Part shown: positions 23,545-40,570 of the stretch, in pieces
Layout: every line of letters begins with the position of its first letter
Numbering within the stretch: the first letter of the stretch is position 1
From: Macrostomum lignano
Lineage: Eukaryota
Assembly (NCBI GenBank): GCA_002269645.1
Contig: NIVC01003344.1
Location: forward strand, 1 to 64,000
Length of the DNA: 64,000 bases
Direction of reading: 5' to 3'
The notes under the pieces: model-generated
Told to the model about the DNA's origin: nothing
What the model saw: only the letters and a program-made list of their open reading frames with translations
Databases searched by the model: none
Position numbers and translations under genes: made by a program

Positions 23545-24570
23545 TGGCCCAGCAACTGACACTCTGGGAGGCTAGCCCAGCAACTGAGGATCTGGGAGGC
23601 TGGCCCAGCAACTGGGGATTTGGGAGGCTGACCCAGCAACTGAGGATCTGGGAGGCTGGCCCAGCAACTGAGGATCTGGGAGGCTGACCCAGCAACTGAG
23701 GATCTGGGAGGCTGACCCAGCAACTGAGGATCTGGGAGGCTGGCCCAGCAACCGAGGATCTGGGAGGCTGACCCAGCAACTGACACTCTGGGAGGCTGGC
23801 CCAGCAACTGGGGATCTGGGAGGCTGACCCAGCAACTGACACTCTGGGAGGCTGGCCCAGCAACTGGGGATCTGGGAGGCTGACCCAGCAACTGACACTC
23901 TGGGAGGCTGGCTAGCAACTGAGGATCTGGGAGGCTGGCCCAGCAACTGGGGATCTGGGAGGCTGACCCAGCAACTGACACTCTGGGAGGCTGGCTAGCA
24001 ACTGAGGATCTGGGAGGCTGGCCCAGCAACTGACACTCTGGGAGGCTGGCTAGCAACTGAGGATCTGGGAGGCTGGCCCAGCAACTGACACTCTGGGAGG
24101 CTGGCTAGCAACTGAGGATCTGGGAGGCTGACCCAGCAACTGACACTCTGGGAGGCTGGCCCAGCAACTGAGGATCTGGGAGGCTGGCCCAGCAACTGAG
24201 GATCTAGGAGGCTGGCTAGCAACTGAGGATCTGGGAGGCTGGCCGAGAAACTGAGGATCTGGGATTCTGGCCGAGAAACTGAGGATCTGGGGGCTGGCCC
24301 AGCACTTGAGGACCTGGGAGGCTGGCCCAGCAACTGAGGATCTGGGAGGCTGGCCCAGCAACTGAGGATCTGGGAGGCTGGCTAGCAACTGAGGATCTGG
24401 GAGGCTGGCCCAGCAACTGAGGATCTGGGAGGCTGGCTAGCAACTGAGGATCTGGGAGGCTGGCCCAGAAACTGAGGATCTGGGATTCTGGCCGAGAAAC
24501 TGAGGATCTGGGGGTTGGCCCAGCAACTGAGGACCTGGGAGGCTGGCCCAGTAACCGAGGATCTGAGTCG
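23545..24570. repeat. ~28-bp minisatellite (GAGGATCTGGGAGGCTGGCCCAGCAACT)n
   Basis: About 35 variant units just upstream of the first caspase coding exon. Confidence 0.95.
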
Positions 24571-24954
24571 CGTTAAAGAGCAATTGATGAGACAGAAGAT
24601 AATGACAGGCCATCCGTACTAACAATTACAAATGTCTGCTTTTTGTCAGTAAGAACTAAGTCAGGAAGTCATACAAGATTTTCGGCCATTTCTGCTCGTA
24701 AGCGGACTGCGTATGCACACGTTAAACAGTGTATTTTGCTCAGAAAATATATAAAGGCTGGCATCCCTGGGTGCCGCTCTTGCAAATAATAGCTCATAAT
24801 CCTCAGTAAAACTGATTACAAGTACTTTACTGTGCGACATCTTGTGTGAGTCCACTGATTGGGACTTGACCCCGGCACCTGCGTATCATAGGCTGTAAAT
24901 GTACCTTTATTAGACTGGGCCGCGTGACACCGAAGGCAGACATGCGCACGGACA

Positions 24955-24957
24955 GAA

Positions 24958-25010
<53 letters not shown>

Positions 25011-25231
25011 CACAGACAGACAGACAGACACACACACAGACAGACAGCAGACAGACAGACAGACAGACAGACAGACACACAGACAGACAGACAGACACAC
25101 ACAGACAGACAGCAGACAGACAGACAGACAGACAGACACCCACTAAGAAAGACAGACACTAAGACAGACAGACACTAAAACAGACAGGCAGGCAGGCAGA
25201 CAGACAGACAGACAGACAGACACACAGACAC

Positions 25232-25290
<59 letters not shown>

Positions 25291-25293
25291 CTA

Positions 25294-25366
<73 letters not shown>

Positions 25367-25400
25367 CACAGACAGACAGACAGCCAGGCAGACAGGCAGG
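24955..25400. repeat. (GACA)n microsatellite
   Basis: Direct reading. Confidence 0.95.
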
Positions 25401-26299
25401 CAACACAAACAAGACAGGAAAAGCATGATGCAGCAAGGAGCTGGCAATGCAAGCAGAAGCAAACAAAATAAAGTACAAATGTCCCGAAACTGACAGCAGC
25501 GAGTATGAAATGAAGAGTGCAATTTAGTTGGCAGTTAGGCGGGGCTAAAACACTGAATTTAATAAGTAGCAGAAAAAATAATATTCACAAGTAAAAACAT
25601 ACGTCAGCATATGCGGATACGCAGTTACGGCCGGTGAACAGGTGCCAGACATGCCATATCTACAGTACAACAACATATTTCTATGTAATCCGTCATTGGA
25701 GACCGATATATACTTTAGTGAATGTTTATAGAAAAGCAAAAAATAGCTAGCATAGGCTCGGCAGACTAGTATGAGTAGTATTCGCGGAACACCAAACCAG
25801 CTAGCGGTGGAAAGTAAAAATAATCTCAATTAGGTGCTCAATACGTATTGCTCAGAGAGCAGCTCAAACGCGACTGTGCTACTCGAGCAGGTAAGTAGTA
25901 TAAGTTGAGTTACAATGCCTTAATCTTTTAGGCATTAAAAAAGGAAAGAACAAAACACGTTTTGATTTTAAATACAGCAAAGGAAAGCAAAACACAGTTC
26001 TGAATAAATATTTAAAGCAAATATGGCTGCATGAGGAATTGTTAAACTGCCTCTTGCTAGCTCACAGTACTCATTGTGGATATAGACAAATAATATTAAG
26101 ATCTTCTGCAATTTAAAGAAGCAAGACGTCAAGCAGAGCAAAACAGACAGACATCAAACAGGCATATCCCAAACAAACATTATTATCTAGTAATCCCTTT
26201 TATTACGGCTATAGAGATGCGTGTTTTATATATTCACAACTAGGATTTCTCCATCATCATTTTTCTTCTTAATCCCCTGCTGATACAGCCCTAATCCAA

Positions 26300-26635
26300 T
26301 CTTTTCCGCCCTCTACCTCTTCTCTTCCGCCCTCTCCCTCCTCTCTTCTGCCCTCTCCCTCCTCTCTTCCGCCTTCTCCCTCCTCTCTTCCGCCCTCTCC
26401 CTACTCTCTTCCGCCCTCTCCCTCCTCTCTTCCGCCCTCTCCCTCCTCTCTTCCGCCTTCTCCCTCCTCTCTTCCGCCCTCTCCCTCCTCTCTTCCGCCC
26501 TCTCCCTCCTCTTTTCCGCCCTCTCCCTCCTCTCTTCCGCCCTCTCCCTCTTCTCTTCTGCCCTCTCCCTACTCTCTTCCGCCCTCTACCTCTTCTCTTC
26601 CGCCCTCTCCCTCCTCTCTTCCGCCCCTCCCTACT
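26300..26635. repeat. 21-bp pyrimidine-rich minisatellite (CCCTCTCCCTCCTCTCTTCCG)n
   Basis: About 15 units. Confidence 0.9.
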
Positions 26636-26829
26636 CACTTCTAGCCGTTCAACAGCTGTCAATTCATAGTCCAGCAACTATAATACACTCCCAATCAAAA
26701 CAGGATACACAGGTAAAACGCAACAATACAAAGAATTCAAATATTAGACATCAAATTAATCAAATTGAAATGTTACACAGTTCTGAAAGTCACAGGAAAT
26801 TGGTCGTGCGGTATCATCTAGGCCTCACT

Positions 26830-30816
<3,987 letters not shown>

Positions 30817-32349
30817 AGCTCTGTAGGCGAGCTTTAACCTCAACTAGCTAAATTTAGATAATATAGATAATTTATGCTGCAGAACTCAAGTAGCAATAAG
30901 TGGCTGAAAGCAAGTTAGTTATTGTCAAGCACTTTTTGCTACTTCAAAAAGGATCAGCATGCATAGTCTTATTAAAAAAATGTTCAAATCTAATGACATC
31001 ATTTTAAGAAATAAACGTCATATTTGGCTAAATATCAGTTAAGAAGGATTTTAGTATTGCAGCATAATTAATAAGGATTCAATGTGGTCAATTATTCTAA
31101 AAGCTATTTTAAAATGATTTTTAAAGATATCTAGAACCTTAAAATTTTATAATATTAAAATTAAAAAATACCTTAAAGAGTCCAAAAGCTAAAAAATAAC
31201 TACTACCAATTACTTTGGCAATAATCTAGTAGTCATTATGGCCCCTATTATGGCCAAGGGATTTTTTAATTCAAAAAATGATTGGCATACCAGCATGCTA
31301 AAGCTGGTTTGCCTGCAGCAAAGAAAAGTAAGGCTAGACATAGCTTTGTTTGGCAAATGGGCTATATTTGGTTTAGCCTAACATATTTAAAGAATTATTT
31401 GGCATCATTTGACCCTAGGCCACAATAAGGATTTTTAGCTATATGAACAAATATAATATACAGAAATAAAATGGCAGAACATATAAATAAGTCAAATAGT
31501 ATTGCCTATTTTGCTACCATTGGTTAAACAAGTTTGTTAATACCTAGCTAGTACTCTTATCCTACTATTAGTCAAATAAACTATATTTTTGACTAATATA
31601 TATGCAATATATTGGTTTGTTTAACTATAGCTTAATATATTTGTTTAACTAAATAAATATAATTTGTTTAAATAGTTTAAATTTCATATATTAGAAGTAT
31701 TTCATCTGATGGCACTATTGAAGTTGGCCTAGATAGACATTGAATTCTGGTTGTTTTACTCCCAAACCATTTTGCCCATAGTCTGTTTTGTCTATAAACC
31801 AGTTTGGCTATAGGAATTTCAGCCAAAATGGTAATTATATAATTTTGAGATATAGCTATATTGTATCTTTATTTACTTTTTCAATGCTAGTTTATAGTTT
31901 TATTGTGTAAAAAATATGATCTGAATTGTTGCTACAACAATTTTTTTATTAGAGGCAAGGGGGTTGTGTGCACCCTGGCACACTTTAAGTGACATAGGCA
32001 CATAACTGGCAAGAGGCATTACTGCCCATTCTGCCGACTCCCTTGAGCAGGCATACACGCATGTGGATACGTACACAGTCATACGCACAGGCACACACTC
32101 ACACAGGAGTCATACATGCCCAACACCCGTCCGACCCATCCGAACTGGACAGGTGAAATGGCTGCTGGCCAAGGTAAGTCGCAATATCGAAAATGCAAAA
32201 AACGAAAAAATTGGGAGAAGAAAGAAAGGAGAGGAAGAGAAAAGGAAAAGAAAGGAGGGAGAAGAGAGAGAGGGGGGAAAGAGGAGAAAGAAAGAGAAAG
32301 AAAAGAAAAGAGAAAAAGGCAAGAAAAGTCATATACAAAGTGAAAATTA

Positions 32350-32525
32350 AGTCGCAATTGGGAGGAACTAAGTCGCAATCGGGAGGAACTAAGTTGCAAT
32401 CGGGAGGAACTAAGTCGCAATCGGGAGGAACTAAGTTGCAATCGAGAGGAACTAAGTTGCAATTGAGAGGAACTAAGTTGCAATCGAGAGGAACTAAGTT
32501 GCAATCGAGAGAAACTAAGTTGTCT
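32350..32525. repeat. 21-bp tandem repeat of the hAT subterminal motif (GRGAGGAACTAAGTYGCAATC)n
   Basis: About 8 units inside the hAT element. Confidence 0.9.
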
Positions 32526-32559
32526 TGAATCCCATATTCTAAATCGTCTTAAAATCCTC

Positions 32560-33360
32560 TGTAAAGCCTTTCAAATACCATATCTTGTTTTCCCTGTTTG
32601 CAAAAACTGACTTCCATTGTCCAGACTCAGACTCTCATGTCTCCTCTCTGTATTCTCGCTGTTACTCTCTTCTCCCTCCTCCTCTCTACCTCTTTATTTA
32701 TCTCTTCTCCCTCGTGTTTCGTCTGTACCCTCTCCTGTCTCCTCTCTTCTCTCTTATTTCTCCCCTCTTCTTTCCTCTCTCATATCTCATCTCTACTCAC
32801 TTATCTATTGTCTCTCCTATACCCTCTCTCTTCTCTTTTCTCTCTCCTCTCTGCTCTTGTTTATCATATCTCCTATACCCTCTCCTTTCTTATCTCCCAT
32901 CTTTCTTGCTTCCTTTCTACCATCTCGATTCTATCTTCTCCCCTTTGTCTCTTCTCTTCTCTAATCTCTACTCTCTTATTTTCTCAATCATATCTTTTCT
33001 CATCGCATCTTTCATCTGTCCTCTCTGCACTCTTACCTTTACCCTCTTTCTTTCTCCTCACTACTTTCTTCTCTTAACTCTCTCATTTCTGATCTTTCAT
33101 CTCTCTCCTCTCTTTTATTCCAGCTGTATGCTCTTATCCCTCCTTTCTTCTCTCATCTCTCCTGTCTCCTCTCTGCTATCTCATAACTTCCCTCTCATCT
33201 CCTCTCTCCTCTTCTCTTCTCTCTCCCACTTCATTCCTACCTTACTCCCCTTTTCTCTCCCATCTGTCATCTCTAATCTGTCCTCTCTCATATCTACTCT
33301 CTTTTCTATCATCTCTCTTCTATTTGTTCACTTTTCTCTATACTTTCTCTTCTCTGACTC
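32560..33360. repeat. CT-rich low-complexity tract
   Basis: Strong pyrimidine bias; yields an L/S/F pseudo-ORF. Confidence 0.9.
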
Positions 33361-36300
33361 ATTTAATGTGTCAAATCCATCGAAATCCTCTCCGTAAAAA
33401 TGAACTCTATCAAAATCTCTTTATGAGACTGAACTTCATCAAAATCCCTTTTGATAAACTACAAATATATTTTTTCTCGGAGGACTCTCACTTCTTTGGC
33501 CATCAGTCTCAGTCTCCGAATCTGAGTCCAAATGAATGGCTGTGTTGTGGTTGGATCCGCGCTTCAGTACCAGCATCAGTTGATGGTCAAGATTCTATAG
33601 CAATAGATTCAGCATGAGCATTGCACCGTCGTAAAAATTCTGTCTCAAGACTTCTAGTTTCTTCTTTATTTCAAAAACAGCTTCTTTTTCAGCTGACATA
33701 ACTCAAGAAGAGTAATGTCGTTGCATCTGCACCATGAATTTCAATTTTTTGCATTCTGCATAGATAGATCTTTATTAAAAGCAACAACCTCTGGATTTTG
33801 CACTGCCATTAACAGTCCCTCTTTGTGTGAGCTTGCTGAACATTGGGATGGTGGTGCTTCTAGTTCCCTTGAATGTGCTGCAGCTGCACCATCACCTGAT
33901 CCCCCAGGCTGCACTTAAGATTGCTGGTAAATTTTCTTCTAATATCCAATGCGCACCACAACAATCATTAACTTCTCCAGGAGTTACATGACCAAGTTTC
34001 CATCGTGTAAAGAGCAATGGCTTTCGCTCTTCAGCTGCAGAAAGGGGACACTAGTTGATGGAGTAGTCTTCATGGCCATTTTCATCCCATTCATGTGCAA
34101 GATTCAATACATAGTCAGGTGCAGGTCTATCTTTAAGTGAAGTATATAATGACTCAAGAATCTACACCTATATATATACCTGGTATATGAGTGCATGAGT
34201 GTATATATATACAAGTTAGTTTGCCAGACACACAGTACAGTATATAGGGAGTATAGCCTACAGGGTACAGGCTACAGTGCAGTTTAGTACTGCATAAGTG
34301 AATAAGTGAATGATAAATCAATCGGGAAAGAGAGTGAAGGTAGGAAAAGAGAAGAGAAATGAGGTACTTCCATTTTTCAATAAACACAAGCACGCAACGC
34401 ATGCTACCCCCCCCTCCCGGTCTTTCAGTGTGGTGGCGCATAGGTAAGTCGCAAATCTGGACAAAACTAAGTCGCAGTAGATGGGAAAAACTTTGAGGTT
34501 GGGCATGTATGACAGGAGTATACAGCAGCCTTAACTTTATTTTATCGTTAGGCATGTACACTTCACTGTGCCTTGGGGGGTTGGCTCTCAAGGCTGTTAA
34601 TTGCATGAGCAAAGATTCCAATTTAGCCCCAAATTAATGTGACTGCACTTGGAATCGAGCCTGGGTCGCTGGTACACCAGAGCAGCTGCGCTACCGCTAG
34701 GCTATGGCCCCCTTTGCTACAACAATTGTGTTATTGCAATTTTATTACAATTGTGAATTATTAAGAGTTTTTAAAAAGTCATTCCTTTTGAAAGTGTGAC
34801 AATTAAAAGCCAATTTAAACAATCAAAGGGTAAGAAAGGGTTTCAATTACAGCAAGTTAAAACAAGAAATACTAAAAGAATAAGATTTGTCACCAAAATT
34901 GAGAATCAAAGCACATAGTTTAAAACTGTAAAGTTTAGAAATGGTCTATAGCCAAAATGGTCTATGGGCAAAACATTCTATAGGCGAAATGGTCTTGGGG
35001 CAAAATGTCCATTGCCAAAACTGTTTATAGGCAAAATGACTAGTTACCTAGAAATTTAGGCTTAGCCATTTTGGTTAGAGGTAAAATATAGGGGCCTACT
35101 TTAGAATTTTAGAATGCTTTTATATTTAGAATAATTACAATTGATTCATAGTTTGAAAGGCAACATGTATACTAAGATCTCCCAGCATACAACAAAGGTC
35201 TTACCATTTTTCAGCATAGGCCTACATTAAGGGGCCTAGGATATATCCAAGCCGTGGCGCAAGTTACATCACTTGCAGTTGAGGTGAGAGAGAAGTCGCC
35301 TCTCAGTAAGGTGGCAGTTTTGACTGTTGCTGAGTGTATAATATAGATTATTGATGCTCATTATGGAACCGACCCGAGCAACCAACTAAAACACAAGATG
35401 CTACCTACGACCACTGATGAGTAATAACAATTTTACAACTAAATTTTGTGCTATATTCCAGTTGTCTGAATCTGTTTTCAATTCTATATAGCTGAAATGA
35501 ATTCTTTTAATATTTTAATTGTTAATCAATGTCGGTTACTGTTGGGGAAGAAATACTTTTATGTGAATCTTTGTTTGGCTAGTCAAACATTAGTCAGGCA
35601 AAACTGCAGGCTCTTCAGTGGATGTTCATTTTTTCTTTGGAACCTTTGGCAGGACAGATTGAATGCCAAACTCTGGCTGTCTCTTTCGCCAAGCCGTTTC
35701 ATTAGCAGCTTTCTTCAGTGCTCGCTTGACCACAGCATGCTTAATCTTCTTTTGCCGAGCTTCAAAACTGGAGGCTTGCACAGCCTCACGCTATATTGAT
35801 GACATTCATGAAACTTAAATTGAGCACAAAATAAAACACCATACTTGAAAAAAGTTGAAAGGATTGGTATCCACAAAAAATTGCAAGAAATGAGCAAAAT
35901 AGATGAAATTATCGCTAAGCAATTAAAAATTGCTGAGCAATAAAAAATCACAATGGTGGCAACACTGCCTGGCATACAAATGAGGTCTTGTCATTTTTTC
36001 TATTATTAAACCTAACATACATTAATATACAATCTAAACTTTAGCAATTGATAAAAAAATATTTATTGCTTGGCCTATCTTTCCACTTAGCATTTATTAA
36101 ATATACCTATTTGAGACATAGAAAACCTATAATATAATTTTTGTGATAAGCATTGATTTTCCTTTTAAGCATAGGGCCTAGGTCATAAAGTAAAGAACTT
36201 TTAGTTATACTTTAGACAATATTATATTAGGCTATACTATAGTATCATCACTTATATTGCCTTATTAATATTTGGCATTGGCATTGGCATAAATTCAAAT

Positions 36301-37802
36301 GAAAATTAAAGATAGGCCTAGGGCCTAACTATAAAAAATAAAACTGCAATATATTTTACTGGCTGCTAGCTAAATAAACATCAGCTAGGTCTATGTCTTA
36401 GGCCCTACTTTAAACTATTTTATAAATATAAGTCACTTTTTATGGACTTGTCTTTTAGCCATTTAGCAATATTTTTGTTTTCTATTATATTAATATATTT
36501 AGGCCTTGGTTCTAGGTTCTAGTTGGGTTTCATTATGGGCCTATTTTTATGAGGACTAGGCCCTATAATTGGCTATTGTATTAATATTTTTACAAAATTT
36601 AGTCTTTAACTTGAAAAAAATAGGCCTAAGCTTATCAAGGACTTTAGTCCTGACATAAAACTTAACAATTAGCTTACTGATTTACTACTTAAAAATTAAT
36701 TTCATACTTAATACAAATTTACAAGTTTTTTCATTGTTTCCCTACAAGGACTACATCTGGACAAATGTGACTTCTGTTTTTTATAGGCCTAATTCATTCA
36801 TTTTTGGCATTTTCAATTCCATGCGAAAATTTTGAGATAAAACTTAAACAAATCTAGATTCCAGATTAGACTAAATTTTATGTTAATTTGTAATTGTAAC
36901 CCGAATTAGGATTCGGGTCCTGCATGAAAATCAAGACGGTAGTTTAAAGTTGGTGGTAAGTACTTGGCTTTCGTATTTCTGTACTGTTATTTATTGATCA
37001 ATGAAATAATATAGTCATAGGCTACTATTTCATTGTTGTTGGCTATAATATTTCATTGATGTGAAACAACGCACTTCAAGTGCAACCAACCGACTTTCCC
37101 AGAGGTATCAGATGATTTAAACAAATCTCTCCCTCTCTAAGGACGCGATACTCCAGCTGCCAAGAGCTTCAGGTTTGGAAAGCAATCGACGGTCTACAGA
37201 TGCTTGATTTCCTGGTCCACAATGACCACAAGTCTACTTTTTTAAAACGGATTAAGCCTAAACTTATCCAGATTTGCTCTCTTGCTCCTAATTTTAAAGT
37301 TTGACGTTTCATTCTTTGTTACTTATAGTAGCGCATTTCTAGCAGAGCCGAATTGCAGATCCAACACGAGAGAGTTAAGTTTTTCGAAGAGGTTGGTAAT
37401 TTGTCTTACACTCTACAGTGCAGAATAACTACGTGTAACGAATGTGACGAATGTAACGAATATCACATCTATTGAATAATATACTCTTGAATAATGACTC
37501 TTAATTTTATCTCGCATCATTCTTCCATTAATTAATTTTTACACGTTGCCACGACGACAAAGCCATTACTGATGACACAGAGATATCTACATGTAGATGA
37601 GTAAATTTTCCGGAGGCATTTTCCGGATGCCTTCATTTCCGGAGGCATCCGGAGGCATTTTGGCGCGTTGAAGGCCAAAAGTACAATTCCTCGTATTTAG
37701 CAATGTAATATAGTACATGCAGCTCTATACCATATATAGTCTCGCCACTGCAAGAATCCTCTGCACAAGTCCCCTCTGTACCTGCATGGCCAATGCGATC
37801 AA

Positions 37803-38030
37803 GTCCCAGCAGTGTCCCTTATCATCGGCTATGACTTCGAGATTGACAGCAAAACGACACTAGTTGGCAGGTAAGTGCTAAGCCCCCTCTAGTCGGAAGC
37901 CCGATTTTGAAAGTTCCGGTTTGGTGAGCCAGAACGCACGGACTGGTGGCAGCGGGTTAGCTAATCTGTGGATTGGCTCATCTCTACCTTCGAAATTCTC
38001 CCTGCTTGTCTCTCGCTGTCCCTCTCTTAG
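37803..38030 (+). repeat. Dispersed repeat, copy 1 (copy 2 at ~60010-60230)
   Basis: Shared blocks AGTCCCAGCAGTGTCCC, GCTATGACT..GAGATTGACAGCAAAA, TTGGCAGGT and CCCTGCTTGTCTCTC.CTGTC. Confidence 0.75.
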
Positions 38031-40570
38031 CTATAGGACCTGGACTGCTCGCCACACGATCAAGCTACCATGGGGCTGACCATCTGACAGGAGTGGGGGG
38101 CCAGGACTCTAATTGATTTATTTCTGAGACCTGAGGCCCGAAGGCTTCCCGAAAGGCCGAAAAGGCCGAAACCCATCCAAAGTATCAAACTGTATGCAAA
38201 GGATCAAAGGGTCTGTATGCAAACAATGCCAATTTGGTAGTAGGAAAAGTTGAGTAAAATTTGCGCAATGAATTTTGTGTCAAAGTGCTTTCAGCGATCT
38301 AGCCTGGGCGAGATCACCAGTTGAAGAGTTGAAGAGTCACTAAAAACTCCTCACTTCTAGACACTGGGGAACAAGTGCCTAGGTATATTTAAGATCAAAT
38401 AACTCTTACTGGAGCCGCTCTTTAGTAGCTTCTTGACTTTTTGGTTCGGCGTCGGTGTTGACTCTGAAGTGTTGACTAGAGAAATTCGCATCAGCAGGTG
38501 TCCATAGTCACCTGGTGCCACCTGTTGAAGCGTCCAGTAAGCTCCGCCTGTGTGAAGGCCAGTGACCAACAAAGTCAGGCTGATGCAGACACATGTGGTC
38601 GACGTGCTGATGAAATTTGGGACTTGGCAAGGCTGCACTGAGGTGCAGTGCTGATTGGCGCACAGGGGTGCATTGAATACACTGGCGCTTATGGGAAAAA
38701 ATCCGACCTTCTGACAGAATCGTCGAATATCTCGACGGTCCGAGGGCTGGCGACTTGATTCTTGTTTGAGAAGGTGTGCAACAAAAAGTCGGCCCGTATT
38801 CTTGAATTTTGTGTGCCTGCGTTGCTCCGTTCCGGCGTAGCAAAAAATTGTCTGCAAACCCCCCCCCCCTCTTGGTAGTTCTACTGTCCATCTAATGTAC
38901 AATTGTGACTTTTATCCCAATCCCTTTTTCGTCAAAATTTATATATAAATATAAAGACATTAATCGTTTCTAATTCCTTATGAGTCTGCATGGCGATACG
39001 TGAGAATGCAAGTGCACTCACGTTCTTATTTGCAAATGCATAAAATTTCCATTACGAAGAATGCATGTAATAAGTTTATTCTGCACCAAAAGCAAAATTA
39101 ATATTCTAAATTAGTATAGAACTTTCACCCAGGTGTTTGCTTTCTGCCGCATTTTTTATAGCTTGAACACGTACGAGTGTGTGCTCCGTCAGCTGTAACG
39201 CAGTTTAATTGGCAAATTTAGAATTTGTGTCGCACATGCAATGTGAGATGAGACGGGATCCTTCATAAAAGATCCTTCAATCCGCTCAATGACAATTGGT
39301 TTCATTTTTATCTTGCTTGCTTTGATTAAATTAATTTCTGATATAGAGGCTCCAGGTATTGCGACAAAAACAACTGTTTAATAGCGAGATCGCTAAACTA
39401 CGACGTATATAAATGAGAATGAGATCATAAAATCAAACTTTGTGTAGTCGGATTTTGCATAAGCTGATCCTGATTCTGCACTATGTATGAAGCTATGCAC
39501 TATGTATGAGTTACATATGAAGCAAGTTTAACAAACAAAAAAAGAAAAAAACACATTATTGAATACGGCTGGCTTTCGTCTCCAGTAGTTTTTTTTTTAT
39601 AAATTTGAGTGCACCTCGGACACAGCACATCTCTGCATCATTTGGAATTTAAAACTTCAGAATTTTCGGAAGTGCAGTGTGACTGTGTCGAAAGCGAAAA
39701 GGAAAGCATCAAATCCCAATTTGAAATAATTTAGAAACTGAACACTGTTTATAAAAATTGTAAAAATCTGGTTCATTTTGATTGCTTATTGTTAGAAATA
39801 AACTTTTATAATAGTCTTAGATTTGTTTTTTAACGCATCAAGGCTTGCAATTCATAGGTAAAATTAATAATAATAGTATTACTTACCAAAAATTTATTTG
39901 TTTAATCGATAAAATATCATTACACAGGCAGTACGCTGACATGAAAAATGAGGGCACAGGTAATATAATAGGAAGGACGACACAGATCAGACCACGCTGC
40001 ATTTTTATCGCATCATCTTGCTGTAGGTTTCTTTTCATTTTACATCTTTCAATTTCCTAGAAATAGAAATTCTTATTGGAGAAATGTTTGGTGACTTGGT
40101 GGGCGCCTCAAATCCCCAATCTCCAAGGCAGCTACGCCCCCCTGTCTCTTGGTTGGCGTCCCCCCTAATGACCTGTCTCTCTTAAGCCTTTGCGCCTTTG
40201 TTTGACGCCGTTAAGGAACCTCTGCGTTCTTAAAAAGCGTGCGGATGCTCCGGAGACTTCTAGGGTTGGTTAGTAAGGCTGAAACCAAGAGGGTGACCAG
40301 TCATAAATGTATTGAGCTATTTTTCCCAAAACAGATTAGTTTCACTAGTGAGAAACCATATATAAAGTGTCGAGACAGGACACACTCGAGAGCGAGAGAA
40401 TCAGAAGACGAGAAAACCAGAGAACCAGAGAACCAGAGAACCATAAAACAACTGAAGCACTTGTAGAATGAAAAAGACATCCAAAAGTTGCCAATGCAGT
40501 GGAGTGAAGTTCTTCATGAAGGATCGTTACGAATGACGGCGTCAGGCTGGATTGGCATGCGTGTCTTTAT

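Larger units (their letters stand above)
32111..34511. mobile_element. Non-autonomous hAT-type DNA transposon (2.4 kb)
   Basis: Perfect 14-bp TIR CATACATGCCCAAC / GTTGGGCATGTATG; 8-bp TSD ACAGGAGT (32103-32110, 34512-34519); subterminal (G/C)TAAGTCGCA motifs. Confidence 0.9.
31943..34713 (-). mobile_element. tRNA-derived SINE copy interrupted by a hAT element
   Basis: Halves 31943-32110 and 34512-34713 align to the intact copy at 56989-57360 in reverse complement. 14-bp TSD TTGCTACAACAATT at 31929-31942 and 34714-34727. Confidence 0.85.

Noticed and set aside
23545-24570. N-terminal LLGQPPRSS repeat extension of the caspase
   Set aside because: Open in several frames because of the repeat; acceptor-like AGs lie just upstream of the ATG at 23467.
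26291-26677. Protamine-like RGRKRGG ORF
   Set aside because: Antisense reading of a 21-bp CT-rich minisatellite.
32585-33397. 270-aa hydrophobic membrane-like ORF
   Set aside because: CT-rich low-complexity tract inside a transposon.
35410-35445. Hammerhead ribozyme at CTGATGAGTAA...TTAC
   Set aside because: The GAAA core after the putative stem II is absent.
38120-38175. Hammerhead-like GGCCGAAAAGGCCGAAAC
   Set aside because: The required CTGATGA does not precede the stem; better explained as repeated GGCCGAAA units.
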